Of a stretch of DNA of 64,000 nucleotides, positions 51,501 through 64,000 are shown in pieces; position 1 is the stretch's first letter, and each line of letters opens with the position of its first letter. The stretch is taken from positions 1 to 64,000 of the forward strand of contig JBFLGF010000155.1 of assembly GCA_050230475.1 (NCBI GenBank), read 5' to 3'. Source of the stretch: Ancylonema sp. (Eukaryota). A program made the position numbers and the translations under genes. The notes beneath the pieces were generated by a model that was not told the origin of the DNA, did not search any database, and worked only from the letters and a program-made list of their open reading frames with translations.

Positions 51501-54500
51501 CATGAGGTCCCCATACTCCGCAAAGTTGGCTCGCCTCCTGGCCATCACCCGATCTGCTACACTGCCAGGCTCCCCCACATCTGGGTTCGCACCCCCTCCT
51601 TGCACCTCCTCCTCCCCTGCATCTCCACCTCCTGCGTTGTTGATCCCTGATTGGCTGTCAGACAGCACAATCGTGGCGTTAGGGACCTCAGCAGCTTGTG
51701 GCTGGAAGTTGTCGTGCGGATAGTCGATGGCAGCTGCTGGCTCAGGGACTGCTGGTTCTGCTGGTGCTGGGATTGGCTGCAGAACTGCTGGCATCGGGCA
51801 TGATTGGGCTGCTGCTGGCATGTTGGGGTGGACTGCTGCTGCTGGCACCAGTGCTTTCATCTTCAGGGTCGGGGAAAAGGTAGAAAAAGTGTTTTTCTGC
51901 TGCCGCCTTGCCTCCTGAACCTCTGGGGAGCTCTCCCACCCATCAGCGTCGGGTACCCCGGCACCTCCTCAAAGAACCTCACGTCCATGCGTGATATCAC
52001 CCCAGCTCTATGGGGATCGAAAACATTGTAGCCTGCAACTCCCCGCACCCAGAAACACACCAAAGCAAGTGCGAGTACGAGGGGCAAACTTGTCCCCTTG
52101 ACAGTTCTTTTCCCCCCCAACCTTCAAATATTGGACCAGACACCCGAAATTATGACTTTTATTAACTGACATTTTCTTCCCCTCCCAGACCTCACTTGGA
52201 ATTTTCCCAGAAAGCGACTTAGTGGGTGTTCTATTCCTCAACCAGTTTGCGTGTAACAATGCCACGTCCCAATAAGACTTCGGTAGACCTGACCAGATTA
52301 AGATGCATCGCATTTTTTCTGTCAATGTTCTCAGTCTTTCACAGATTCCGTTTTGTTCAGGACTATATGCTTCTGTGGTTTGCTTCTTATCAATACCCTT
52401 CCCCCCACAGTAGTTTATCCAGTCCTGAGACACATACTCCCCTCCCTTATCTGTCCGAAGAGACTGTAGGGGCAGACCCGACTGGACCTCGAGGTATAGT
52501 GACTCTTGCTCGGTTCAGTGCTTCATCCTTTGTTTTTAACAAGCTGACAAATGACAGACGTGTGGATACCTCGATCCTTGTCTGAGCATATGTATACCCT
52601 CCGTTAGCTGACCTGACAGACAGTGGCCCAATGAGATCTAGGTGGATGCGACCCATCTTGGGGCATGTCCCCAGATCTGCACTGACCTTAGCATGACTGA
52701 GCTGAGTCATCTTCCCCTGACAAGCAAACCTGACATCCCTTTACTTCCGTTAATTCCCCCTGACTTAACTCTGGGATGTCCCCACGTCTGGCGAAATCTG
52801 ACATCACATCAGAACTGGGGTGACCCAATTTGTGATGCCAGACCATGCCTGTGGACAAATTCGCTGTAGTATCATGAGATCCAGGCATAACGATTGTGGC
52901 AGCAAGCAGAGTCAGACCACTAGGCTGCTGCAACACATCAGCCCATTTCACATTTCCCTTGTTTAATTCAGGACCCGTGGGCAGCTGTAGAAAGCTCAGC
53001 CCACCTCTTCTGACGAGGCACGATGTCGACACGAGGGTGCAGGCAAAGGTTGGGACGTGGATCGAGCTGAGTGGCTGCACAAAGAAAGCGTCGCCATTCC
53101 TCACTCGGATGTGCACGAAACCAGTGCCCTCCACCTTGTGTGACGAGCCGTCAGCAGTGGTGATGAAGGCCTGCTGCGTGCTCAGGGTAGGTGTGTACTC
53201 CACAAAGTGTTCACGTGCCGTGAAAATGTGGTCGGTAGCACCTGAATCCAGGATCAGGGAGTCTGAGTGAGGACCAGCAGACATTGCCCGGGCAACATCG
53301 AACGAGAAAGCACCGAATGCTAAATAATCCACATTAGCGTTGAAGGGTTTGTCAACAAAGCGAGCAAGTCTAGCTTGTGCATCAGCCCTCCTAGCAGCCT
53401 CTGGGTTCATTAGAGCCATGTCAGATGTTCTTTTTCTGCAATGTTCAATTGTGTGACCGACAATGTTGCAATATCTGCACTTTTGCCTCCCCCCTGAACT
53501 TCCCTGAGTAGCGTGCGCGACATTTCCAGCTGCTGGTGATGACGCAGGGCATTGCGCAGCTCGGTGGCCTGCCTGATGGCACCTGTGACATTTCCATGGC
53601 CCCGCATGGCCTCCGCCAGATGCTGGTGAAGGGCAGTTCGCTCTGATGTGCCCGAATTTGTGGCAGCCGAAGCATTCGACGCCTGCAGCGTCTCTGCGAC
53701 CAGCTCCTCGCACCACCAGATCTGCTGCTACCTCCAGCTCCATTTCCCCCCCCAGGTCCGCCATAGTGCGCCTGGTGTCCTCCGGGCAGCGCCCGCCTTT
53801 TTCGCTCGTTCAGCTCTTTCCGCACGTCGTCGCGAAGCAGCGCACTCACGATGTGTGGAATCGTGAAGAGGTGTGGCGACGACTCCGACCATGGCATCAG
53901 CGTTGAAACCATCGGACTGTAATGCGTGTTCAACGAATTTAGCAGGTTAATCGCCTGCTTGTGGAGATACTGGCGCCCCCAAATTCTTAAGGTCCTGATG
54001 CAGCTGCTGCAGACGCTTCACGTACACGTTGAGGTCCTCTGCCTCCGTCTGAATCGCGCTCAGCAATGCCTCCGTATTTGCGATCTCGATCGCACCCTGC
54101 ACCTGGTAGAATGTCCGCAGAGCATCCCACATGCGCCGGCAGCTGTCGTGCAGTCAGTGACGTGCGTCAGCTCCGATGGCCCCAGGTGCTTCACAATATA
54201 AGACATAGCAAGCCGCCAGATTATCCTCGTCCCATTTCTCCAGCTCTAGAAGCTGCTGGGAAATCTGCTGTTGTCGCACCAACACTTCGACATCCACGTC
54301 GATCCCCCTGGCGGCTAATTGCAGCTCGTTATCAGGTGAATGGAAGGATCACGTCTGCGCGACACTTTCGCGGCAAACTGTCCCAATCCATCACCAAACG
54401 GTGCAGTTTCTTGTCCGCCAGCCCATATTTGACCTTGAAGGCCCATCCTGTATAATCAGCTCCAGTAAATTGAGGGATTTGCGACCTATCCGACATTATG

Positions 54501-55228
54501 GCAGCTATTGTGTAGGACTTTACAAAAATTCTCGCACAGCTCGAGTTCAGTGCAATAATTCCTGCACTGCGCAGCACTCACAGCTCAAAAACTTGCAGCG
54601 AGCTGCGCAATATCAGAATTACGTGCAGACCTTAACAACCTCGAATATATTTGCGCTCACTGGCTGAATATACCGTTCACAGAGATTACCGCAGCGAAAT
54701 CGCGTGGAGCCTTTAGTTTTTAACCTAAACGGCGTCTGAACTAGACCGCTAGACCGCACGTGGGCCCATAACCTATAAGCTTTTGAGTGATTAGACTTGC
54801 CGGAGGACTATTTAGGTGGGCGACAAAACGAACCGTACGCAAAAGGATCTATCACTGATGATCAACGAGACAGGAGTTGCGTGTGTGGAACAATTATTAG
54901 TGATTGCATCGGGGATGGTAATACCCGATGCCTTTAACAGATTGTTGTGTGCCGACGGTCGGCACAATTGACCGTCGGCCTATCATTGACTGACAGCTCT
55001 TCTAACATGTCAACGGCACATGCCGGACATTTTCTGACACGACTAAAACAAGCCAGTCACGACGCTTCAAACAAAACGTCTCTAAGCGTCGGAAACATGT
55101 CAGGTGCCCGGGCACAAACTTGCCCGGCCCCGCATACAGGCACATCTAGAACATTGCTCCCGGTGGTTAGATAACCGGTCACAACTGGACTAGCACCATA
55201 ACATATGGCTATCCAAAATATCCTGCCA
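48592..55228 (-). mobile_element. Full-length but frameshifted Ty1/Copia retrotransposon; LTRs 48592-49039 and 54774-55228
   Basis: Paired ~450-bp LTRs; PBS GGTTATGGGCCCA (54761-54773); PPT adjoining 49040. Gag with three CCHC knuckles, LILDSGATDH protease, WHHKLGHP, HLDLIGP/PEQNGICER integrase, GCRYVFKVK/GLKQS/HVDD RT, IHTDS..ADMLTKAL RNase H. Confidence 0.95.
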
Positions 55229-55689
55229 GCAAAGTATCGACGGCGCGTCGATAAAAGATGCTAGCTCAGAAAGAGCGTCAGCAGACAGATGTAAACAACA
55301 AATGCTGGCTCGGAGCGAGCGACAGCAAACACACACACACAATTGAAATTGCCGGTTCGGAGCGAACACAGGCAAATCGAAAAACGCTTTTCACACACAC
55401 GCATGCTTGCTGGCTCAGAGAGAGCGTCAGCGAATCGATGTAAGAAATTACAGTCGATAAACAAGCTGGCTCAGAAAGAGCGTCAGCAACAGATTCAGAT
55501 GAATCAGATCAAATACACACACACACAGATTGCAAAGAATGATTTGCATACTTACTGTCTGGCTGACGGATGACAGGCTGAGACGAAAGACGAGCACGTT
55601 GCGAAGTCGCGTAAGCGAAGGGATGCAATATTCACAGAATTGCAAGAATCCAGGTAAAGATTTGTTGGAAGGGATTTCTTAATAGCTCA

Positions 55690-56441
55690 ATCTGATAGCG
55701 GAAGCTGGCAGATCTGAAAGTATAAATTGTCTTTTATCACAAAGTTGTTGCGTGGTGCTAACCGGCAGAGTTAACTAGAGTTAAACTGTCGAATATTGCG
55801 ACAGGCTGGCTTCTAGAACATTACAATTAATCTCGGCGCTCCGATGAAAGCGGCGCGAGATATTCCTCTAGTTCTACGGCTGGATTTAATCGCCGGGATT
55901 ATCGACAAGTCGAAAGGGACTTGTGATTTTAACAAAATCGACACGCAGCTATTTATTGAAGACTGTGGATTATAGACTTCGGAAAATACGCCACGCGTTA
56001 TTTTCGAGTCGTACAAATTTCCTATTTTTCTTGTAAAGTACTAGTTTTGATCTAAGGCTGAAAACAAATATCGACTATTCAGGTAATCTCGACTGTCTAT
56101 TCTAGAGTTATAGATTTCACACGTGTGACAGCTCACTAGTCAGGCTGACTGACCGAAATCAGCTCGGCGCGCACTGAGAATCTTCGAAAATCTTCGAACT
56201 CGTCGAAAACACCGATAGGCTAGACTACTCGGAATTAACTTCTGAAAATTGGTACACCGACTTTCTTCGATATACTGAACACGACAAAAATACTAGTCAG
56301 TTCATCCGAGTTACAATTGACCACTTATAACAACAAGTTCAATTTAGCGGCTAAAATCGACAAAGTATTGGAACTCGATATATTTTGAGGAACTCGTCAC
56401 AAAAGAATTGATTCTTATCGAACGATCTCTAGCGGCATGAC
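55690..56441 (-). repeat. Family X LTR fragment
   Basis: 56200-56440 is the reverse complement of 20460-20700 (shared RINSFVTSSSKY..FQYFVDFSR frame). Confidence 0.7.
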
Positions 56442-56682
56442 CACTTGTCGCAAAGCACCATCCGCTTCGGGTAGTACCGCAAACCACACATCCAACAATG
56501 TGTTGTGTCCCCGCGATCATACACCTCCGGGTAGAGTCTCTTGTCTCCCACCGGCATAGTGCAGTGAGCAATGTGCTTCACTTGCTCTTGCATCGTTGTC
56601 ATGCGTGAATGAATCGTCATCCAGAAACCCCTTTGTTTTAAGAAGAATATTAAAATATCCGTACCACTATATTTTTCCGCCT

Positions 56683-57590
56683 TGTCACGACTTCGCCCCC
56701 GCTCATTTCATTCCGAGCTTTGTCGATGACCGGCGCCCTTTTGTTAAGTTTTGAGTAGTCAACCTTTGACTAGCTCCCTTGGTATTTGAATTGATTAGCC
56801 TACGTGTCAAATACTCGCCAACCATATCAACCGTGACCGTAACTTTATAGATCATCCGCTCAGAATCAAATAGAGATGTCTGCAACCAATTATATCGTGC
56901 GCGCCGAGTTGATTACATATTTCCTGCCACGCGTATCCTAGCGAACGCGCGAGTAGAATTATTTGAGTTGACAATAAAAACTTCGTGTAACTTTTCAAAT
57001 CTGAGCTTTCGCTGAATTTGACGCTGAAGAGATTTTCCTTGCACACCATTGTTTTCCTCGACTATCTGAATTCTTTGCCTCGCGCAACCTTGCATTTGTG
57101 TTATATTTTGCTTACGCAATATCGTGTGTATCTAGCGTTCGCTTATTTGTGATTACCTTGCATCAAGCTTTCGCTTTGCAATTGTGTGATTTATTCTCGT
57201 TACCGAAGTTATCGATTGTCAGACCTACTGCGCAGTCAGAAATCAACTACTTTCACTACCGAGCTTACGCTCATCCGTGCAATCCACTCGCACCTCACTT
57301 TTGCTACTGTTGACAAGCTTTGTAGAAATGTACCGAACTCGATTGCTTGCTGATCAATAATCGACGCGTCTTTTGTTGTAATCTTGTGTCGCTCTCGTTA
57401 CTTTCTGCCGTCAAGTAAGAGCAACGTGTGATAGCTTGCTAGCAATGAGCAGTACAGCGAATAAAACTCGAAAAATACCTCGTTCGTGTGATCGTTTACG
57501 ATCTCTGCCGCGATCCAAGCGAGCATCGTACTCTCAAATTCAGCGAAAGGGTCTCTGACCATCAACTACGTGACTTCGACGGCTTCCGTT
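56683..57590 (+). repeat. Family Y LTR-like copy
   Basis: Starts TGTCACGA and shares internal blocks with 18963-19822. Right end approximate. Confidence 0.55.
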
Positions 57591-57743
57591 TCATAAAGGT
57601 ACGTAAAAAGTGTTTTTTTTTTTTTTTTTTTTTAACTTACCTCTTTTCGGTGGCATAGTACCCTATCCTTGAATCGAGAAGTAGCTTGAATCAAATTTTG
57701 TACGATTTTCGTGGTTTTACATGTGAAAGTTACTTGCTGAATT

Positions 57744-60700
57744 TGTTCTGATTCAGTCATCGGGGACATCCTATTCTTCGACTGACGCTATTCCTGTCAA
57801 CCTATTCACCGGTTGATGCGACTTGACAGCCTATAAATCGACTGACGCTATGACAACCTATACTTCGGTTGACGCTGACGAATTGCTGGTAACATCCATA
57901 AGATCAAGCAACAATATGATTGCAAATGAAGATAGTGGATGAAAAGAATTACTTCGAGGTTGTCGCCAATACAGACTTTATCCCTCGAGTTACAAAAAGA
58001 TCTCGAACATTCCGACTGACTACCGTACGATTTTCTCTACGGCGCCGCAAATGTTTAGTCATATTGCTAACTCATCTAATCATCCCGATAATCTATCCTA
58101 ACCCCTATCAATATCCTAGTCACGACTATCAATTTACTAGAACCTTCCCTCAACCTATTTCTTATATATGAATTATGTCATCGATCAAATGTCGAACAAT
58201 CGACATATCGATATACCAAACAATTTATTGTCCTTTTACAAAATAACCCCTAATATGTCGAATGTCATTTTTCAATTACTTCCAATACACCCCCTAATTG
58301 AAAAATCCAACAAACTTCAACCCACAATGATTACAAGTTCCATATCCCAAAAAGAAAGTCATCTAACCGTACTTATCAATTTTTTGTCTCTTACTGACTC
58401 TTACAAAGTTGACATCTTTATTGTACAAAAAGAACAAATCCAAAAGTTCATCTCCTCTCTTTCTCATATCCCAATTCCTTTCACCTTGATTCAAAGCACA
58501 CTCTGAACTTGTTTACTCAACCATATGTACTTCCTTTCTTCCTCTTCATATCATTCTCTTGACTATTCGGAATGTCATAGTGTCAATTCTGTCAAATGTT
58601 TTCCGAGAGGAAACTAATCATCGATATACTCTCCATGTTCGATGTTGTTTTCCCAGAGTCTATCACCGTATTGTCAATCCCATTGAATCCAGCTGGAATG
58701 TACAAGGATTGCACTCCTTTATCTTGAAACTTGATTCCCCCATCGATTGTCACCAAGTCTGCTCTCTCTCTATGAATGCCTTTTTCCGACGACGCTCAGT
58801 CTCCAGCATCTTGTTCCTCCTCGATGCATCAACACTTCCTCGCTCCTTCTTCGAGTCTCTCCACTTTCCTTGTTATATTTCCAGATTTGCAGCTCGTTGC
58901 CTTCGCTCTTCCTTCTATTCCTCACTCTCGTCCATGAGGTCTGGAACTTCTTCCTCATCTTCTGGCTCGAGATTCACCTTCAACACTGACTTTGCCTCAT
59001 GATCGCTGGACTTTAGCACTTGCTTTTTTTCCATAGTGATTCTGAAATAATTCCCCACTCTTTCGTTGAGATTCTCATTTTCTCCGGGCCTCTACAGCAT
59101 TATCGATCCATCTCTTCACACTGTCCTTTGAATTGAATGATTCGGCTCCACTCTCTCGCTGCTGATTTCGCTCAGATTCGTCAGCACCAAGGCCACTCGG
59201 ATGATGTTCCCCGTAATGATGCGGTCTGGTAGATCTCTTGTCATAGGTAGCGGCTCCGTGTATCCCTCTGCATATGCTCGCTCGGCAATATTCCATCCTT
59301 CTGATCCCCAACCTAAGATATATCTATCTCCTTTCTTGCTGCATAACTCTTGATGCACGTAGAGATGATCTAGCCCCTTGTACTCCCACTTGTGTCTCAC
59401 ACAGCAGTCCAGATACGAACGGAATTGATCATCCTCCGTCCCCGTGGCCACGTGGTAGAATCGATCGTCGGGAGTCTGCACTTCTCTTAGCTCCGGGTCC
59501 CATGGCCTGCCGAGAACTACCTTCTTGTATCTGAGTCGCCAATATGGGGTGATGTCGCTCCCCTTTAGGCGCTGCAGATTCATCGCTCCTCTCGGGATGT
59601 ATAATACTCCACACAGGTGTGAGAGCATCTTGCCGTCGACCTCGAACAGGATTGTTCCGATGTGCGTCACCTAGATGCTTCCACTCACGAATTGCAAGGT
59701 TACTTCTTAGTTGACGCTCTGAAGAGTATGAAATGACTGGAGATCGCAGCAAACGTGCTCGGAAGAGCCGGTGTCGATCATCCATTTCTTTGTCTCTCTC
59801 ATCGTGAGGATCCCGGTTGGCATGATGTATGTTCCCAATGCAAATCCTTCATACACACTCCTGCTGTTGGTCTTTTCAAATTGTTGCATTTCCCCTTGTC
59901 AATATCCGCTATGTCCACCGCCATACTGGTTCCCGCCTCGACGTTCTCGGTGGGAATTTCGGTGCCGTTGAGCCATTGATGGCACCCCCTGCTCTTTTGC
60001 TCTCCGGACATTCTCCATGTGACCTCGTCGGCCATAATGACTGCACCGGGTCTCCGTCGATCTGGAGTTTCGAGCGATGTGGCCGGGCTCTCCACAAGTG
60101 TAGCATGGTTCCGAATTCTTGTTCCCGTTGTAGCTGCTTCCACCGCCATTGCCCCTTGCATCGCCACTGTAGCCGGTGCCTCATTGGTTGTTGTTCCGAC
60201 CGATACTGCGACCGCTTGCTGATCGCTGTACTCACAGAATTTCCTCCTTCGTCATGCGGGCCGCTCCCTCCGTCATTGATGGCGTGTCTTTCTTCTTCTT
60301 GAATTCTAGATCGAAATCTCTCAGCGACTCTTCAATCCGTTATAGAGATGGCTTCGTATCCACCAACTGAAAATTGCTCTTGACTTGTTTGTATTGGGGG
60401 TTGACTCGAGCGAGTATGACTCGTCTCGCCTGATCATCACCCACCGCCACCTTCTGATATACGCAGGCCTCTCGAAGTGCGTTGAATCGGCTGATGGTCT
60501 CGTCCGCGGTCTACTCAAGAATGTGTGCGAATGCCATAATTTTTTCGGTGGCTGCATCTCCCGCTGCGGTCGAAATTCTCGCATATTTCTCATGGATATT
60601 CTTCCATAGTTTTACCGGGTCATCCTGCTCGACGATGTAGTTCACTGCTTGGTTCACTGCTTGGTCGACTGCTTTATCATGCTACATGCTCGCCGTTTTG

Positions 60701-61481
60701 ATTTGTCCCACTTCACTATCGACTTCATAACCGCGTCGATCTGCGCTTGGTTCGTAATTGCCCCATCTCTCTGAGTCGGCGCTGGAGGGGGACCCGGTCT
60801 TGCCTCAGTTCCCAATGCCAGGTCGAGCGCCTCGAAATTGTCGAGTGCTCGCTGCATCTTCGCCTCTCAGGCCACGAAATTCTTCTCCGTGAGTTCATAA
60901 CCCGTCCGGAGTCCTCTCTCTCTGATACCATGTTCTGATTCAGTCATCGGGGACATCCTATTCTTCGACTGACGCTATTCCTCTCAACCTGGTCACCAGT
61001 TGATGCGACTTGACATCCTATAAATCGACTGACGCTATGACAATCTATACTTCGGTTGACGCTGACGAATTGCTGGTAACATCCATAAGATCAAGCAACA
61101 ATATGACTGCAAATGAAGATAGTGGATGAAAATAATTACTTGGAGGTTGTCGCCAATACAGGCTTTATCCCTCGAGTTACAAAAGATCTCGAACATTCCG
61201 ACTACCGTACGATTTTCTCTACGGCGCCGCAAAATGTTTAGTCATATTGCTAACTCATCTAATCATCCCGATAATCTATCCTAACCCCTATCAATATCCT
61301 AGTCACGACTATCAATTTACTAGAACCTTCCCTCAACCTATTTCTTATATATGAATTATGTCATCGATCAAATGTCGAACAATCGACATATCGATATACC
61401 AAACAATTTATTGTCCTTTTACAAAATAACCCCTAATATGTCGCGATATTCCAAAATGTCATTTTTCAATTACTTCCAATA
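57744..61481 (-). mobile_element. Non-autonomous Copia-related LTR element (TR-GAG-like); LTRs 57744-58287 and 60931-61481
   Basis: Near-identical ~545-bp LTRs; 5-bp TSD GAATT (57739-57743, 61482-61486); tRNA-iMet PBS TGGTATCAGA (60921-60930); PPT agggggtg. Gag, CCHC and WMIDTGSSEHVC protease remnants; no integrase or RT. Confidence 0.9.
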
Positions 61482-62754
61482 GAATTATCATTGTGCAAGC
61501 TATTTGTGAAATTGTGGAGTTTTCTAGCATCACTGTAATCTGGATTGCTGTAATCTTTGCTTTGGCTATCAATCGTTACTAGTTGGGACTTATAATTACC
61601 GCTCTATGACCAAGAGAACGACGAATATACTTCATAGAATAAGTTTGTGAACCTGGATCACGCAGTACCCTACCTGTCACGTTGGTAAGGGAGGGTCAGT
61701 TTCTTGTAAGTTTATTCTGTTTTCTGTGACATCCAACATCGATCGATACGAGAAGAACCGTTACCTATACATTGCCCGAATTGTTACTTTTACCTTGCGA
61801 CTTTACGGTCCTCCCAGCCCTGATTCGAATTTACTTGACCGTGCTCAATTTATTCGACATCACCTGTTTACTGTCCTTACAGGATAGTACTATAGAAAAG
61901 GAACCAAACTACGTGATATATCCCGGTACTTTACTCAAAATTTTGGCGAAATGAAAAGATTTGCAGTATACTCTCAATATAAACACGAGCTTACATAAAT
62001 TTCTTTCACTGACATTGATTTTGCAAAAGTTTTTGTTTCCTTACTATCTTTACCTGTTGAAGTTGCTTCCACAAACTTTCTTTTGCTGCTGGGCGCACTT
62101 AGAACTGCTCACCCGAAATAATTGTACGCCTATCGACAGCCACTACTTAACAATAATTCTACGTTATTCATTCCAAAAAAAAAAGAAAAAAAAAAGTAAT
62201 TTATAATCGTTCATGATACGTAGTCTCAAGACACTCGTTACGATTTCGACAAGTTTAAGTGTACACTGAGTTTTTCACAGTTTTATGCTGTGGAAATGTG
62301 TCAAAGGAAGACTGATGAAAATTGCCAATCTGGAGGATATACAACACACGGGAACTTCAACAGACAGACAGACAAGCAAACGGTCCAGGAGGACCGATTG
62401 CTTTACCAAAAAATTTCTTCGATAGCATCGATTCTGAAGATAATAATGTAAGGTTAACACGACATGTGTCTCAACCTACTCATTACATAAGCTCGTTAGG
62501 AAGAACAAACAGTGAATTACCAACAAAAAAATCGATATTCCAGATATTACATTACGTACATCAAAAAGTCATACAAAGTGCACCGACTGTAATTGATTCA
62601 CATATATTCCGAACCAACAACTATCCATCTACACGGCTATTTGGATCTGCACCCATTACTAAGGCCACTAGCCCATTCTCAGGATCAACTTCTGATAATC
62701 CTACAAGTCCAACACCCACACCAAACCGTGAAATACCGTTACCTACACCAATAC

Positions 62755-63071
62755 TATTAGGGGCGGATGCAAATACCTCCCTAGCAAGCTAGTTGCAATG
62801 CACAATAGCTTTGATGGCGAAAGGCCGGAATGGCAATGATGGCCGGAGCCGGGAAGGATGGTTTGGTTTTGGTAATAATGATCAACTCGAAAAGAGTGCA
62901 ATACATGAGTTGATAGGAATGCTCTAAAGGCATTCCTTTCGGCTAGATATAGAAAAGTTGGCCCTAGCCGACTCTAGGAACAATATGGGATAACTAACAC
63001 AAAGTCGGCTAATTACAGAACAAAATCTGGCTAAAGGCACAACTGTTATGGCTAAGGACGCAACAAAATAC
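62755..63071. repeat. Truncated LTR of the 15481/38818 Gypsy family
   Basis: ttaggggcggatgcaaa..ccctagcaagctagttgc..ggccctagccgactctaggaacaat. Confidence 0.8.
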
Positions 63072-63670
63072 TGGGCGGGTAAATGGACATTTTGAGTATT
63101 GAAAAGAAAGGGTAACAAACGCATTTGATTTAGTCTTTAACGGACGATTTGGAAAGATACTTAAATTTTTGGTATTACGACAATTTGGACATACCGTGGA
63201 GGAGGATACACGGTACGGATTTATTTTTATTTTTTATTAAGGATATTATTCTTGAAATAATTCACCACACGGACACCACAAGTACTTTTCATGTAAAGAG
63301 TATCTCGTAGACATGCAAGGGGACTTTTGTAGAGGGAGTTTGGTTTTGGGCGAGTTAATCGAGTTTTTTTGGTGTGAATGGTGTTGGCCGTTACCATTCT
63401 ACATGGTTGGCCCGTCCTATGAAGTGAATAAAACGATGGTATTTCAATGTGGCATTAATTGGGAGACGATATTCAAGTCTTGGCTATGTCTTGGCGATGT
63501 TAAGGAGCCCACATAGGGTGTGACTCGTATTGTCGTACCGTCATCCACACACATGTTTAAAAAAATAGCTAATTCATTTGTGTGGAGAAGAAACGCAGTG
63601 AAATTCAAGAAATTACAATTAAGATGTTGCACATTTACAACAACTTTTGTATGTAATAAACTAACAAATA
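63072..63670. repeat. Unclassified dispersed repeat homologous to ~39475-39960
   Basis: Shared blocks ggacattttgagtat, caatg(t/c)ggcattaattg..cgatattcaagtcttggctatg and tgtgtggaga. Confidence 0.65.
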
Positions 63671-64000
63671 CTGGGTGAACATGCACCGACATAACTTCTC
63701 AATCACTTTCATTTCAAACCAAAATTCGTTTAAGTCAACGGAATACGATAAATGCTAGAAATCCTATTTGCAAGGGTGCTCAAAATGGAAAAAAACTCAC
63801 TACTCACACAAATGCTACTAGTTCACATAGGCCACAAACTGCAACACTAATCATAGCACAAAAAATATTTTCTTTGAGAAGATACAAATGCTACTAGTTC
63901 ACATAGGCCACAAACTGCAACACTTATCACAGCACAACATTTATTTTCTTTGAGAAGAGACATATTTTTTACTCCACAGGAGTGAAGAGTACAGGAAATA

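Noticed and set aside
62322..62792. 156-aa ORF
   Set aside because: TTG start, Ser/Thr/Pro-rich, runs into an LTR, and has no identifiable domain.

Overview
Eukaryotic nuclear DNA with GT-AG introns, most likely from a streptophyte green alga (inferred from plant-type H2B and an SFR2 orthologue, together with chlorophyte/animal-style histone 3' stem-loops). Six host genes are supported: a glycine-rich At4g10330-like gene, a DNL zinc-finger (Hep1/Zim17-like) gene, a divergent intron-containing H2B-H4 pair, RuvBL1 and SFR2. They sit among densely nested transposons: Ty3/Gypsy, Ty1/Copia, solo LTRs, hAT and Tc1/pogo-type MITEs. The standout is a ~5 kb single-gene cassette (23337-28336). It encodes a Polinton-type polyprotein (putative terminal protein, OTU-like protease, protein-primed family-B DNA polymerase), is flanked by inverted arrays of a ~415-bp repeat, and has no capsid, packaging ATPase or integrase. 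The cassette lies inside a hAT element with intact TIRs and an 8-bp TSD, which lies inside a solo LTR, which in turn splits a Gypsy LTR. All family assignments come from motif recognition by eye; no database searches were run.
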